DNA of 63,073 nt, the filler included, from Folioceros fuciformis (lineage: Eukaryota): assembly GCA_049999805.1 (NCBI GenBank). It is 8 parts of 8 records of this genome, joined end to end, with 100 filler letters (N's around TTAATTAATTAA, not from the genome) between each part and the next. Parts side by side here need not be neighbours in the genome. Positions count along the whole stretch, not along the records: positions 1 to 16,340 come from JBNGIO010004644.1; 7 more parts are not named here. One strand, given 5' to 3'. This document shows, in pieces, positions 1-16,340 of this stretch. Below the pieces are notes generated by a model that saw only the letters and a program-made list of their open reading frames with translations, was not told the origin of the DNA and did no database searches. Position 1 is the first letter of the stretch. Every line of letters begins with the position of its first letter. The position numbers were made by a program, and so were the translations under genes.

Positions 1-114
1 CCACTCAAGCCTGCCAAGACGCCCTGGGGTTTACTAGCTCTGTCCGCTGGTGGTCTCACCATCCTCTCTGGAGCCTACCTCGCCTACAGAAGACGCCTTG
101 CACTTTATCACTAG
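1..114 (+). CDS. 3' end of a gene encoding a probable tail-anchored membrane protein (partial)
   Basis: Frame 1 is open from base 1 to TAG at 112-114: PLKPAKTPWGLLALSAGGLTILSGAYLAYRRRLALYH*, a hydrophobic segment followed by RRR and a stop. Confidence 0.4.
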   Translation, partial: PLKPAKTPWGLLALSAGGLTILSGAYLAYRRRLALYH

Positions 115-595
115 CTGTGGGCGCGTCCTTGCAGTCCATTGTTTCAGACTACATGGCCTCCGAAGAAATCGTGGACAGTAATGCGGTACATAAGGCAGAT
201 GTGTTCCCTGTAACCCAGCCGTCGCCGAAGTGCATCCCCGGGGACGTACAGTCGCTGGGGCCCATCGCTCACTTCACCCACTGTGTCAAGACAAAGGCAC
301 GGGATCCTAAACGGCATCCAATGCCCTCAAATGCTGCAGGTCCCTACAAGAAAACATTCCACGTGTAAGTTCCTCAGACTAAAAGCCAAGTACGCTTATG
401 TATGCCAACGACTCTGCATTGGGAAATAGCACGCGATTCTTGCCTGTCCCAACAAAGCTTGGTGCTCCTCTTTTACTGAAAATCCCATGCTGTGTCTCTC
501 ATACCACCACCTTGTGATATTACAAGACGAGCTCTTGCATCTCTACTTCTTCGAATGATACGTGTTACTTACATGTTTCTTATGATCAAATTAGG

Positions 596-1114
596 ATGAA
601 AATTATCTTTATAAAGATAATTGTATGTATGATACTGATCAATGTCATGTCATGGATGTTCAATTTAACAATTGCTGCCTCTTTTTATCCAGAACCTGAT
701 CCAAACACCTCTATCCTAGAAGTTGAATGTGACCACGAACTAGTAGTAGCCTATGTTGAGATATTGTCGTTCATCGAAGTAAGTATGAGACAGGTAATTG
801 ACGTCGGACTATTGTTATTTAATCCTTCACTAGAGCTATGGGCCAATGGGGGTATACATCAAACAAGAATTGCAGACTACATGCTTATATTTGAAGGGGC
901 AATAAATTGCAAAACAATGTTTGCATCAAAAGAAACTATGCGAACGAGCAATCAATGTCAAACATGTGGATATGCTCTAGCAGATATAGCAAAGCTTCGT
1001 TGTGGGCATTATTTACAAGTAGCCATTGATGCAATAGATTGTTCTATTGCATATCTAGTAAAATTTACACATTTGCCTCAATCTTGCCCAAATCCAGACC
1101 TTAATAAAAGATGA
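596..1114 (+). CDS. Secreted Gnk2-homologous (DUF26) cysteine-rich protein, single domain, intronless
   Basis: Hydrophobic N-terminal signal peptide. PNTSILEVEC, EGAINC, CQTC and LRCGHYLQVAIDAIDCSIAY parallel ginkbilobin-2 motifs (ANTAFVSSAC, YGRATC, CTAC, ICNNAIGARVQLVDCFIQY). Confidence 0.65.
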   Translation: MKIIFIKIIVCMILINVMSWMFNLTIAASFYPEPDPNTSILEVECDHELVVAYVEILSFIEVSMRQVIDVGLLLFNPSLELWANGGIHQTRIADYMLIFEGAINCKTMFASKETMRTSNQCQTCGYALADIAKLRCGHYLQVAIDAIDCSIAYLVKFTHLPQSCPNPDLNKR

Positions 1115-1485
1115 GTATCTAAATCACAAATTACGTACTTCATTCATCTTTCTACATATTGAATTTCTCATTAAATATATGTGTAGTCTAAGAAAAGCAT
1201 TTTTTGAGATAATTCAAACACATATCATGTTACTCATATATTCTAATTTGATAATTCATCACTTTTAAATAAAGTTATGAAATTAAAACATTAATTTCAA
1301 CTTCATGTTTTCTTGTAACTTTAGCTCACCTTCAAGCCTAGTAGCTATAGCTTTGGGTTATTCAAAAGTAAGCTTTGAGAGTAACAAACCGCATCAAGCA
1401 CTTACGCTCTTGTCTAGAAAAGTGGTTATAGACTTTTCAAAAGCGGGTTTGTATATTTCAGGTTGATGTGCATTAAAGTGTTGGT

Positions 1486-2904
1486 TTAGTTCCAGTGCTG
1501 TTTCCTCTACAAGACATCATAGACATCAAGATTAGTACCCCAGCACACACCAACTAAACGATAAACACCATGAGAAGAAACACACCTGCAAGTTCCTTTC
1601 AAAGATTTGAAGTTGCAACAAAAACCCTTGATTTGGATGTGCTTGAGGTCGCTTGGCTTTCACAACCGCAAATGCTTGATTCAAGGTCAAAGAATGTTTT
1701 TTCATTAGGTACCCCAACACAACTGTCACACTACACAAAACCCACCAAAATGAGAATAGGTTGCATGGGATCTACAAGCCACGAGAGAGCTTCAAGAATC
1801 ATAAAACTGAGCACAGCAAGTTAATACCTTCTAGATATTCCTCCCATGCAATGAACCAATACAGAACCGCCACCCGCTCTTCCTTTGTCAATAAAAGAGG
1901 AACATATATCGAAGTACTGCGATAGATTGACTTGATCCACAATCTATGGCTGTTGTTGAAAATAGTTGATTAGATGTTGAACAGAACAAGTTAAGCAATC
2001 TATGGACTATGTTGCCACAAGATCCAAACACAACATTGTACTACTTCAATGAGCCATCAACTAGAAAGAAAACTCACCGCTAATATGCAAATATTGAAAT
2101 TTGTGTGGAAAATATATTTTCGCATTCTTGGTAATAACTAAAACATGGGTCACATTCAATTCGTGCAACATCCTCTCGTTACTTGCTACTAGAATAGATC
2201 CAAGGTATAGCCCCTGCAACATAGACAGAAAAGTGATGACTCTAAATGTAACACGAATAGGAATTACACGCTTGCTTACAATACAGTAGGAATGCATTAG
2301 CTCCAAATCACTACGAAAATGATGCAATACCTTTTCTATTTCACAAGGAATGTTGTCAACTCCCACATCTTGAGCAAAACAAGATCTCTCACTTTGCAAT
2401 GCCTTCAAAAATTCTATTTGAAGGTCACAAACATCCTTTCTATGCTTCACATTTTTGCAGCTCTCAAGTTGAGTTAATTCCTTTTGACCTTCTTGCTTTC
2501 CTTGAAAACTCCAAGAGCAAACCTACAGAAATCATGTTCATTGAACAGCTTAAGCTCAATGAGAAGAATCCATCACTCTACCAAGCATAACATATCATAA
2601 TCGAACGCTCGCATGTAATACATTCCAAAGATTGAGTATCTCTAGGTTGCCCAAACTTTACATGGAAGATTCATGTCTCAAAAAAACAACAAGTGGGTTC
2701 CTTTGTGAGGTCCTTAGTAGAGTCTTTTGGATCGGTGCACAAACATACCTCCAACAAGAAGTTTTGAATGACATCCTTTGTATTAGCTAGTCCTTGTAGA
2801 AAATGTGGCCATAGAGAGAACATGGGGGAAACAAGGGTCCTTAATCTTTTGAGAGCACCACACGTATTATCCATTCCAAATTTGTAGCTTGACATGCGGC
2901 GCAT
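1486..2904 (-). CDS. Dual-specificity protein phosphatase (DsPTP1-like), multi-exon, with a possible frameshift
   Basis: Exons encode NIPCEIEK|GLYLGS...VTHVL, YFDICSSFIDKGRAGGGSVLVHCMGGISRS (HCxxGxSRS catalytic motif, ~1829-1945) and VTVVLGYLMK...KRPQAHPNQGFLLQL. Introns are GT-AG. Start and stop were inferred from phase-compatible splice sites. Confidence 0.8.
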
Positions 2905-3339
2905 GTTGTAGAAGTAAAGATTGCTGCCACACCAAGAGTTTGAAAAAGCTGGGCCTCAAGGTTTTAAGCTGTAGGCCTTGATCTACATATATAGAAATGA
3001 TTAGTGCCTAAACTCGAAAACTAGTGAGACCTTTCTAAACTATTTAGTGTTTACATAGAACACTTATATTTTCATCCAAATGGGCGGACTATGCGTAACA
3101 CGGGTGAGGGACATGGATGGCGTGATTTCGAGAGAACCTTAATGCCCTAGAGAAACAAGCTGAAGAGTGCGCCTTCCGGGTACACTGAAGTAATGAGGTA
3201 GAGGACGCCATATTAGGTAGCACGTAAGTTGTAGCCCTAGGCTAGCAGCAAGGCAACCCGCCAAAATTCGACTTGGTTTCCAACACAGCGTATCTGAGTT
3301 TATCGCAGAGGCCGCGTCGGCGGTGCCGCACAGCGAGCC

Positions 3340-7433
<4,094 letters not shown>

Positions 7434-8195
7434 TCACCTACCTACTCCAGAGCACCTGTTTTCTTAGTGTATTTACTGCACCGGCACTAGTGGTGTGGAG
7501 TTTGTATCACCCCATGTCTGAGAGGAGGGGGGAGTCATATCCCGTCTGTAAGCTTTGTCATCAGCATGTATTTGCACATATAATATGTGCCATGTGTTGT
7601 CGAATTGATGGAATGGGCAAGCGGAGAACTAACTGGAGGCTCCATGAAGCGTGGGCTCCCAAGATCTCTGGCCTGCGATCTCGTTCGAAATATGAGGGCA
7701 GAAAAAACATTTAACGGATTGGTCAGTGACGAGAAAATAGAATTCCGAGTAGCCACGTGGCGCCTTATCGGGGTGTGTCTCGATGCCCTGGATCCAGGAA
7801 CTCATAGTGAGGTCCAACGACAATTGCTTTCACTTTTCATACGTCAGCACGCTGAAGGGCTTTCACAGTTCACTATTCAAAAGAACAGCGATTCGTCGGC
7901 AATAGCCATGTTCCCGTGTTGTGGATTCAGATGAGGTGTACAAGACGCATCTGAGCGCACCGGCCAAAATGGCCCCACATGCCACTCCGCGCTGCCAGTG
8001 ACTCAGTGACATCACATGGTCAGAGTCACTACCAAGGTGGTTGCCTGACCATCCACCACTCCTTGTCCGCGGGCCCCACATCCGCCCATCCCAAACCAGT
8101 CTCAGCTGCAAAATTGTCTACCTAATGGTCTCCCATCCCATGAGCTCCCACAACGGGATCCGTGGACAGTGAAGTGAGCACACAACGCGGCCCGC

Positions 8196-9198
8196 TCAAA
8201 GTGCTGCAAAAATCTTCTTGCTGCCTCCAGCAGACGCGCCCTTGGGTACCACCTTCAACACGTTAAACCTCACCGTCTTCGACAAAGGCCTGCAATACAA
8301 ACGGCAACATCTATGAACTCCGTGCTTCCGTTGAGAACAGCGGGTGCAGTTACCTTCAAATCACCGTGTTCGCACCTGCACTGTCCGATGATGACCTTGT
8401 CGCCCTCCTTGACACGGAAGCATGGAGAGACGTGGGCAGCCACATTCGAGTGCCTCTTCTCGTACCTGACCACCCGGTGTGAGCGATCATTAGCCGGCGT
8501 AAGAAGACAACGACAGGGGTCACCAACAAACGTCAACCGGAGCAAACCGTCTGCACCCTTCCCCAAGCCCTACCTCTGGTACTTTTTCACAAAATGCAAG
8601 TAATCCCTCCGCACCACAATTGTGTTCATCATCTTCGCGGTGTACACAGTTCCGGAAAGGATGCGGCCCCTGATGGAGACGTTTCCTGTAAAAGGACACT
8701 TCTTGTCGATGTAGGTTCCTGCAAACGCCAAATCAGCGGCGTCAGCACCTACTTCACGGCGACAGGCAACCAAACCCTACACCCCGGTCCTCAAACTGTA
8801 GAGCTGGAAAGACATCCCACCTTCGATGGCTTCACGAGGCGTCTTGAACCCCAATCCGACGTTCTTCCAGAACCGCTGCCCTGCCTTCCCAGGTGCCTTC
8901 CCCTTCTTCGAAACCCTGCTACTGCAATTCGTGACAGGCCAAACCGGAAACGAAGATCAGCAAAAGATCAAGCGCATGCCACACAAAGGGCCCAACGAGT
9001 TGGATATCCGATTCAACCGAAATTTCAGCTGGAAGACAAACGCCACCGACCTGAGGAACACCTTAGGCTGCTTCAAAAACGCGCGCTCCGTCTGCACGTA
9101 CGCACACACACCCACACCAGGCCCGTCGTCAGAACCCTAATCCCAGGAAGAACCCGAAAACCAAAGCCAGCTCGAGCTGTTTGTACCTGCTCCGCCAT
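8196..9198 (-). CDS. RPS11: 40S ribosomal protein S11 (uS17), multi-exon
   Basis: [93 protein letters not shown]. Confidence 0.97.
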
Positions 9199-9706
9199 AT
9201 TTGATGTAATTCACCGCTCGACTCGTAGGTAGAAGATCAAACAAGGCGAGCGGGAGAGGCCAGTCAACGATTGCCGACAACGGTAGAGCACTGTATTTTC
9301 TAGTAGACAACAGTAGACCCATCTATTTATAACATACTCTACATTTCAGATTCGGTAATGAAATCCATATGGCAGTAAAATAATATATTATTGATCACAA
9401 AGACTAGTATCTATTATAGCAATCATAGTGAAAAGAAAGGAAACTAGGTCAACTTCCAATTCTTGCTTGGCAATGTCTGGGCAGCCCGATCTAGTCCTTT
9501 CTTTCTGCTCATCATATTTTATTGATTTATTTAGCTTAGACCTTTGTCTCAAGCTTTTTGGCTAGCTTCAATGGTGGCTAATCTTATGGACTATTGGATT
9601 GTTTTCTCTCTTTGGATCCATTCGACCAGGCCAATCTATGGTGGTAGAGGTGTGAGTTCTACTAAGTCCCTTTCTATGTTTGGTATGGAATAGGGTTTTA
9701 CGTTTT

Positions 9707-9840
9707 GGTTAAGCTAAGAGGAGGCGTAACCTAAGAAGTTCGAAGGGGTCTCAATTGTGGTTAAGCTTCGAGGGGGCGTAACCTAAAGAAGTTTCAAGGG
9801 GTTTCACTTTGTGGTAAAGCTTTGAGGAGGCGCAACCTGA
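9707..9840. repeat. Short tandem repeat, ~52-bp unit, ~2.5 copies
   Basis: TGGTTAAGCT..GAGGAGGCGTAACCTAA-like unit recurs at ~9707, ~9758 and ~9812. Confidence 0.7.
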
Positions 9841-9989
9841 AATAATATTTTTATATATTGAAATTTAATATATTTAGAAATAAAACATTAACCACACAAT
9901 TGTGCACTTCATTAGATTAGGTATTTCTTAAAGTTATACTCTTCATACTTCTCCTTCTTCTTATCATTATCTCTACAGGCATTTCTCAA

Positions 9990-12230
9990 GAGATGTCTTT
10001 GTTAGGTTGAACTGGAGGATATTCTCATGCAGCTCGGGTTCTCTGCACACAATTGGTTAGCCCTACTTTTTGAGGAGACTATTGCAGCCCTTTGCGCTCT
10101 TTGGCCAACCTAATTCCCCTTGTCTTCTCTTCTTGCATAGCCCCTTCTACCTTTTATTATCAAAATGGGACCTCGATGGAAGGTATTTTTGTGCTTGTCT
10201 GAACACAAGTACCAAACAAGGGGGCAATGTAGAATATGCTTAGTTTGTCATGGAGAATTTGAGGATCTCCAACTACCTTCCCTCATGTGGGAATGTGTGT
10301 ATCCATGTGCGGTAGATATCCGAGGCTTTAGAGATAAGGTTAAGGTTAAGGCGGCATTTGATTTCTTCACTACAAAGCTCTCTCGTCTTTGTTTGAAGAT
10401 CAAACTCAATAAGTGCAAGGTTTGTTCTCCTTTTGGTGCTAGAGTGCTTCCTTCTCTTCACTCTCTAAGGGAAGATATTGCTTCTTTACAAAGTCTTCAA
10501 CTTTTGGATTAGGCCTTTAACTTTCATTAAAGATTATGTAGATAGGGCTTTGGCAAAGGATTTGGTGCAAATCAATGACCTTTCTCACCTTAGAGAGCCA
10601 CAAGTGACATTCAAGATTCTCTCCTTTTGTTTTGTGAGGTGGTTGGGGTACCTTCGTTGTACATTCGTCCCCTTCTTAAATCTTGGTTTTTTTCAAGCTT
10701 CACAAATTTCAATAAACGGCTTATATAGGTTTTTGGGACTTCATTAGCCCAAGCACCTTGGATTGTGTGCCTGAAGATTTGGTTGCGAGATAGGCATTTC
10801 TTCTCGTTGCTTTTAGTAGCATTGATATGTTGGCCTCAAAGACCCTTGCGTAGGCCAGTTGGCCTTAACAACCCTTGTGTTGGTCAGCTGGCCTCAATGA
10901 CCCTTGCGTAGGCCAGTTGGGCTTTCTTGGTTCCCATCTTGTCCTTGAGTTTCCTAATTTGGGACTTGCCTATCATAGAGGCTTTTTTCTTGCTTGCTAA
11001 GGTAGGGCTTGTAGGGTTATTAAAGCCCAATGTGCTTAGACTAATGTGTTTAGTTTAAGATTAGTGTATAGTTAAGTATCATTTGTTTAGATTAGCTTAA
11101 GCTAAGTTGCAAGAAGCTTCTTGCGCAGCTTTCTATGCGCTTCTTGTGAAGCTTCCTTGGGAGCTCTTCTAGAAGGTATAAATACCCTCTTGAGCTCCCT
11201 TGCAATATTGAGACATAGAGTGTGAGACCTCTCTTTCTCCTCTCCTCCTTCACCATGTGGCTCCTCTAGCAATCCATTAGGGCTTTGGGGGCTATAAGCA
11301 TTAGATGAGAAACATTATATGTAGATGTTGTTGTGACATGTCTGGGAGCAAGTGCTGATTGAAGGGAAAGCTTTGAAGTGACCTCTTCATCAAGTAGGTT
11401 TAAAAGGAAGGATTGGGGGTTTGTGCGCTTTTTGGAGCCGAGGCACAAGGGAGCTTGAAACCGCAAATGTGCTTGGGGAAATTATTGATGGATTCGACTG
11501 GGAGTTGTTTATTTCTTCTAACTTCTGCTTTAAGTGAGTCTTGGTAACCAAAGGTATTCTTGGCTGCATTAGGTGTAATCTCATAAGAAAGTTTCTAGTG
11601 ACATAATCCAAATTCTTTTCTTCGCAAAAAAAACATTATCGGTAGGTGCAACTAGCCACCCTCGAAGACTCCTCAATTCTTAAGCCCACTCAAGCTCATC
11701 TTCACTCTTGCTCGAGGAAGGAAGATAGAGCTTGACTTGTGGCTCCACATTGCATTCAAGTGTTCCACATTGCACTAGCAACATTATGCATTGTGGCGCA
11801 TCTTATCTTTTGCTTGGTCCATCTTGTGGTTTGCTCCCTTTCAACTTGCAATTCGTGGTGCATTGTTTTTGGGCCTGGTTCACCTTGTGGTATACTCCTG
11901 TTAAGCTTGCAGCTCTTGATGATTGTGGGACGCACTTGGCTAAATGTCCTATGAGTAGATATATACTACGTACAATGTCGTCTGAGACATAATGTTTTTT
12001 TTGTTGCTAGAGAAGGTGGGTATTTCCCATTCAACAAGCACCCCTATATCCTGCCCTTTGGGTGACTTATTTTAGACTTGTGAGATTAGATCTTGTTGTA
12101 TATGTGATTGTTACTAATCCAACGAGAGATATCGTTCATACATATGTTATTTTAATCCCTCTAGGATGGGTGATAGAGTGTTGTGCAATATTCATGTCCA
12201 CAAATATTCCCCTATAGAAGACAACCATAC
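9990..12230 (+). mobile_element. Highly degenerate CRE-like (RLE-type) non-LTR retrotransposon remnant
   Basis: Broken frames give GGYSHAARVL..EETIAALCALWP, the RT tail AAFDFFTTKLSRLCLKIKLNKCKV, LREPQVTFKILSFCF, a Zn-finger relic DDCGTHLAKCP and an endonuclease-like RLDLVV..VIVTNP. Many stops and frameshifts. Confidence 0.6.
11010..11640 (+). mobile_element. Solo-LTR-like insertion interrupting the CRE-like remnant
   Basis: Starts TGTAGGG and contains a TATA box (GTATAAATA ~11177). Non-coding, and separates the RT part from the ZF/RLE part. No clear target-site duplication (TSD). Confidence 0.35.
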
Positions 12231-13425
12231 ATTCATCTCCCTAGCCATCAAGGACTCATCTTCCTAGGTATCAAGACTCACAAGGCCATAGACAAGGATT
12301 TCACTAAGTTTATAAGACACATATGTGGCCCAGAATATGGGCTAACTTTGTCAAAGATAAAAAAAAATATCCATCCCTCCGTTGGCCTGTGTACACCGGT
12401 GTATCGGACGTAGTGAGTATGGGGAAATAGCGTCTTCCACTGCCGTGGTGGATAAGCGAAGTTCTTCACGCAGTTAATAATTCTTAATACGATGGACGAG
12501 AATACACCGGCTGCAGCCCGTGAGCCGCTGGAAAACGGGCTGAGACCGGGGCAGCCGGTCACCGTGTGGCCGGAAGTTCTACTATGGCACGCTCCTCGCC
12601 ATCTCCTTCCACCCTCTCTTTCCTCTCGGCCAGCACGCTACGCCGTGACGACAAACCAGGTTCAGGCCAAGCTCTCTTGTCCATCTTCATCTTTCGTCGT
12701 GCCCCACTTCCAGTTCCACGCACCAGAGGTTACCAACGCAATTGCGCTGCCAGCCTGCGTGACCACTCTGTGATTTCCGCCTCCCGTATTCTCTGGACAT
12801 CGCTTGCCTTGAATCTCCACTTCCTGCAGCAGCCTGCTGCGGCAGTGTCGGAATTGGCTGACTGGTACGGATTTTCTGCTGGAGGCATGGGAGGAAGGGC
12901 CGCTCTGGTCTGCGGAAGCCTTGGATGTGGAAGCAGACAAACAATTTGAGCCGTTGAAGTTCAACTGTTGCTTGTGGAATGCTGTGGCGTGAGTTTGGTG
13001 GTCTGTGACGGTTTGTTTTGGTTTTTTTTGGTAGCATTGCTGCCTGTCTAGCTGTCGTCCTGCTTTCTGCTGGTGGTTTGAATCCTGTTCTGCTCTCAAT
13101 TTGTGCTTTGTGAGTGTGATTTCCGGTCGGAGGACCATGACTTCCTGGAAGAGTTGGCTGTGCCTGGGTGTCATGACGTCCGCCCGAGCAAATAGCTTGC
13201 CCGGGTGAAATTGGATGAGTGTTTCTGTGCGTAATTCCGTTTTGTAACGACTGTGTGAAATGGCTGTGTTTCCTCCTCTGCTTTCCTGCGGGCCTGCACA
13301 CGAAGGCGAAGAACCCCGTGGTGATGATTGCGCCATTGGCTCTTCTTCTTCTTCACGACGTTCTTCTTGTGCTGTTAGCGAACGTTCTTGCAGCTGTGTG
13401 ACGTGAGGGCTGATCTGCAGTCACC

Positions 13426-13539
13426 ATGGCTCTTTGTGCTGTCGCCGGTCTTGGAGCTACGTACACCGGAGCTAGCGTTAGCGGTCTTTGTGTGTCCGTT
13501 TTCCAGCAGTCCATGCGAGTGAGGTTAGGTTGCTTCTGA
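13426..13539 (+). promoter_or_regulatory. Upstream ORF (37 aa) in the presumed 5' leader of the SKP2-like gene
   Basis: CTGCAG|TCACCATGG (splice acceptor plus strong start context), then MALCAVAGLGATYTGASVSGLCVSVFQQSMRVRLGCF*. Confidence 0.4.
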
Positions 13540-13908
13540 TCTTAGACGAAGTGTTGGTTTCAGAGTGTCCGGCGGGGAGTGCTAAGACGGGTTCAAGAAT
13601 CCTTGGAACCCAAGGGTTATCTGAAGAACTCATGGATTCTCGGGAAGGTTCGTTGGCTGGTGATGCTGATGGTGTTGGTGAAAACTGGCATGAGATGTTC
13701 TGAGGTTTTGCTTGTTTCTGAGCAATCGTCCGCAAGTATCGTCCTCGCAATTTCCGTCAATTTCTTCTGTGGGCCCTAGAACCTGCATCTCTGATGCGCT
13801 ACCCATTTTTGGCTAGCAGGACGCTTGGCCGAACTCCAACCAGATGGTAGTGCCGAAGAATCAGAATGTGGACAAACGAGGGAAGCTGAGTCTATAACCG
13901 GTCGTGGT

Positions 13909-15788
13909 ATGGACAACAGAGCCATCAGGGTTATCTCTAAGGAATCTTCGGGCTTTGGAGAATTTCTCTGGACCTCACATGATGATGAGATGGAATCCCC
14001 TCCAAGAGACCTTCATCAGAAATGGAAACGGATGCTGCAGAACCGCAACTACACTGTGTCTGGGGCCAATGAGGCTGATACGGAAATTGGGGCCTCAACG
14101 TGGCAGGACTTACCCATGGAGCTACTTGTGAGAATTCTTGGTCTTGTGGACCACCGCACTGTAGTCTTCGCCTGTGGGGTGTGCACAGGCTGGCGAGAAG
14201 CTATGCGGACTGGCATTCTGGAACTGTCTTTTTCCTGGTAAGCTCTTGGCGCTTTCTGTTGTGTCAAGTCGTTGTCGTGGCAAACTCTCATTTTTCGCAG
14301 GCATTCTGCTTAGAAGAAACCCAGCTGATGCCATAGGTGCCATATGCAGGTGTGGGCGGAGTGTCAGCAAGTTGGTCCAGTCTCTGGCTCCAAAATTCAC
14401 TCGTTTGGAGGTGTGCAACCTTAGAAGATGCCCCTCCCTCACTGACCAAGCAGTGGAAGCCCTTGCGCATAATTGCAATGATCTGCGCGTACTTGACCTA
14501 TCCAACGGCACACGCATTACAAACGCCTCGTTGTTTGCTCTTGCAAGTGGCTGTGTAAAACTCGATAGGTTGGATCTCAGTGGGTGTGTCGAAGTCACAG
14601 AGCTGGGTATTGTAGCACTAGCAGAGAAATGTAAGAATCTGCGGCAATTAAACCTGTGTGGATGTGACGACGCTGGGTCTGACACAGCTTTGCAGGTATT
14701 TTAAGTTTGCTGATCCAGGATATTCTAACTTTACTGCAAATCTAGAGGTTTTGTGGTGGCGAGAAAGATATTGTGTGCTTTAGGAGTCAGGTATATGTAG
14801 TGTTGGAGGCGGCTCCTATTGTCGTGAAGGTACTGACGGGAATGCAGAGACCCATCGTTTTGTGGACGGCAGAAAGTCTCTTTCGCTTGGTTGTGCTTTG
14901 CTTTATTCAGGCATGATTGTGCTCACTTCTTTTTTTGTGGTTAAGTGCAGGCATTGGCCCAGAACTGCTCTGGCTTGCAGTGCCTCAATCTGGGCTGGTG
15001 TGAAAAAATCACTGACGAGGGAGTGACAGCGTTGGCCCTCTGGTGCTGTGACTTGAGGGTGGTGGATTTGTGTGGCTGCTTGAAACTTACAGGTAATTTT
15101 CCTCTTTTTTTTTGCTGCTGGTTATTCTTAGGTGGCATGGTCTGGTGTAGAGGAGATGTGATCCGGTTGTTCAGAGTTACTAATGGCTTTATTCCCTAAC
15201 TCGGCTGCAGATCGGAGTATTATTGTGTTAGCCGATAAGTGCCATAATCTGAGGGCACTAGGCCTTCATTGCTGTCGGAATATTACAGACACTGCCATGT
15301 ATGCACTGGTGAACAACAGTAAGTTGAGAAGAGCAGGGAGAGGAAACTCAAAGAGGTTTGTGGGGTATCGTCAGTACAGGGGTGAATTTGGATCACGGAG
15401 TGCTGTGACCAAGAGCAGCACAGGAAGCTGCAGCAGTAACAGCAGCAGCAGCAGTGGTAGCAGTTGCAGTAGTAGCAGCGATAGTTCCACTACCACTATC
15501 CCAGGCCGTGGATCATTCGACTCTCTCTTGAATGATCCTGATGGCTGTGGCTTGGTTTCGCTAAACCTTAGCGGTTGTGTCGCTTTGTCAGCTCGTGCAG
15601 TGCAAGCAGTTTGCGATGCTTTCCCAGCATTACACACGTGTCCTGAGAGGTGCTCTTTAAACATAAGTGGCTGTCTTAATCTTACCTCTGTGCATTGTAT
15701 ATGTGTGGTTGAAGCTCGGCGGGAAAGAGTCAATCGGGCTGCACGGGTCCGCCCACAGGTCTTCAATCCAAGAAACCGACCTCTGTGA
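13909..15788 (+). CDS. SKP2: F-box/LRR protein, SKP2A/B-like, 4 exons
   Basis: F-box WQDLPMELLVRIL..VCTGWREA, cysteine-containing LRRs (LNLCGC, LNLGWCEKITDEGV, VDLCGC) and C-terminal AVQAVCDAFPALHTCPERCSLNISGCLNLTSVHCIC. Three in-phase GT-AG introns. The start could be 13909 or ~13990. Confidence 0.92.
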
Positions 15789-16340
15789 CTTATGGCCCTC
15801 CTTGTTGTGCCTATCCTGTGTTGTCTCTGTACAGTCTCCCCCATTGTGGTGGTTTATACCTATGATTTTGTACTGCCTAGTTATTATTCATGTGTGACTC
15901 CACCGGTGGCCTCCTTATCATCAAGGGAGTCTCAGTCGCCTTAGCTTTGGCGATTAGCTGCAGAGTGACCTGCGGCAGAGGTTTGAGGGAGGATACACAC
16001 TTTGGCGGTCCTACCTCATTCATTCGCAGGTACGTTGTGTCATGTCTCGTCGGCAGACTTAGTCGTGGATCGGCATGGGGCTGCGTGGTTTGCGGTCTCA
16101 AATTGAGGGATTCAAGGAGCTGGAGAAGATGCCGTTTTTCGTGTGTTGGAGGGCTCAAGAAAACCCGCATGACAAGGCATTGCTAGCTACAGGCAATAGT
16201 AGTAGCGGATAATATTTTTCATCACGTATCCTCTTCCAGAATTTTTTCCAACCGTTTCGAGGCGATCTCGTAAACAACGAAAGTGATGGCAGCAGCGGGG
16301 GCGGCCTTCACAACTGACGGCCCAGTTCCCTTGTACAGCC

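Noticed and set aside
8594..9232. 212-aa plus-strand ORF
   Set aside because: Antisense shadow of RPS11 exons and introns.
12662..13336. Long minus-strand ORFs (224 and 204 aa)
   Set aside because: No recognisable motifs; they are antisense to the T-rich leader/intron of the SKP2-like gene.
13321..13413. Possible C/D box snoRNA (GTGATGA...CTGA)
   Set aside because: No terminal stem and no recognisable rRNA guide.
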